Source of the DNA: Haliotis rufescens
Lineage: Eukaryota
DNA length: 64,000 nt
Assembly: GCF_023055435.1 (NCBI RefSeq)
Contig: NW_025963802.1
Span: 30,256,001-30,320,000, forward strand
Direction: 5' to 3'
Part shown: positions 62,717-64,000 of the stretch, in pieces
Layout of the letters: the number at the start of each line of letters is the position of its first letter
Numbering within the stretch: position 1 is the first letter of the stretch
Notes under the pieces: model-generated
What the model saw: the letters and a program-made list of their open reading frames with translations, nothing else
What the model was told of the DNA's origin: nothing
The model's database searches: none
Position numbers and translations under genes: made by a program

Positions 62717-63544
62717 CGGATCTTGACGGGTCGGGAGAAGTGACTGCCCTAAAATAGCAGTGTGCTTTGTGCTCCGTTTGAGCTGCAGCATGTGATCCTT
62801 CAAACGGAGGTAGGTTTTATTAATTATATCATTACAAAACCTGTCAACCCAAAATTTTATGGCTGGAATTAATAAACAATACTTTGAGAACAGTCTGCAA
62901 TTTCCCCGTTTGATACTCAATAATAAAAATTCCTTTTAAAGTAGAACAACATAACATAAGCTATCTTCTCTCTCTTCCACTCTCGTGAACAACTGCAGTT
63001 CATCTGTAACGAATTGAAACTTTACTGTCCAACTTTCTGCGATACAAATTTTAAGCTCATGCAGTAATTCTAAGCTCGCGCATTACGAATGTATTGGCTA
63101 CAACGATTAAAACGCACAAAATGCACGGGCAGTAGAATGTGCGGGCACGTTCAAATGTTGCACGGATGTCGAATTCACAAAGTTAGAGATTCTCAAGTAT
63201 TGCGATTGTACCGCCTGCAAATTCCGTGATTCATATTTATGTTGTATTTATTTCATTTATTTATGGATATATTTCAACTTTCAGGCTTATTTTAAATCTT
63301 ATTACAACGTATGTTTTATATTGATGCTGTATTTTCAGTCCGATAACGTAGGCGTAACTGGATATTCATTAGAAAAAATGATACTCGCGAGCATCGCTTC
63401 ATACATTATTTGTATCGAATGTCCAGTTATATTCTCAACGGATTCTGTCTAAACCGGACTTGCGTGAGATCGTCATGTAAGTCCGGTTTAGACAGTAGTT
63501 CATTCAATGTTGCATTCTCTTCTCCCTGGCGAGATTCTGCCAGG

Positions 63545-63740
63545 GGAGCGGAAGGTCCGGAGTAATACCAAAAGACGTAAAAAGATGGTACTTGTTGTTA
63601 CCCTGCCTTGCGCACGGCATTAAGGGGCTAAAACATGTACTGGTCGGCTCGGTCAGTATACTGTGTCTGAGTGGGGTATTCATGTTAAACTGCGGCATGG
63701 TATCTCAGTGGGCTAGCACTATAAACCCGGCATTGAGCTG
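63545..63740 (+). mobile_element. SINE family 4 (Nin/Deu-domain-like core)
   Basis: AAAAGATGGTACTTGTTGTTACCCTGCC...CAGTGGGCTAGCACTATAAA recurs at 32880-33050 and 44845-44970. The domain assignment is from memory and was not searched. Confidence 0.6.
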
Positions 63741-64000
63741 AGTCCCGGAGGCGCACAAGACGCCTCTCATCATGGTTCGTATCCCAGATATGTGTCTCAG
63801 TTTGTCAACACAATGTCCGTGCTCGTGGGTTTCTCCAAAATGTGAAACCTCGGATCTCTTCTGTTGGATTTCCTCCCAAATTCCAGCTGACACGCCTTGA
63901 TATAACTGAAATACTGCGGCGTTAAACCAAACTCACTCACTCACTCATTCACTATCAACCAGGTCACGCATTAAAACAATCAAATCTTCAATAGTCGGTT

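Overview
Animal genomic DNA: AT-rich, intron-containing and dense in SINEs. It is probably a mollusc, plausibly abalone-like, which I infer only from the repeat and gene types. It has two assembly gaps. Four co-oriented minus-strand genes for secreted proteins can be reconstructed from GT-AG splice sites and reading-phase continuity. (1) A small Cys-rich PAN/apple-like protein at about 12.05-12.46 kb. (2) A signal peptide + Asp-rich + LamG3/ConA-like protein at about 16.9-20.3 kb, with a clear TATA/CCAAT/CRE promoter. (3,4) Two tandem, diverged six-domain hephaestin/ceruloplasmin-like multicopper oxidases: gene A (41069->25299, 13 coding exons, 1140 aa) and gene B (57723->47202, 12 coding exons, 1099 aa). 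Neither shows a membrane anchor. Both keep the trinuclear-cluster ligands and the domain-4 and domain-6 type-1 Cu ligands, but have lost the domain-2 type-1 site and most Fe(II)-binding residues. The rest of the window holds four SINE-like families (one with a non-tRNA, pseudoknot-like head), MITEs, a Penelope-like relic, minisatellites and a ~680-bp inverted duplication bracketing the 5' end of gene B. Most ORF-track entries are repeat artefacts or antisense shadows.
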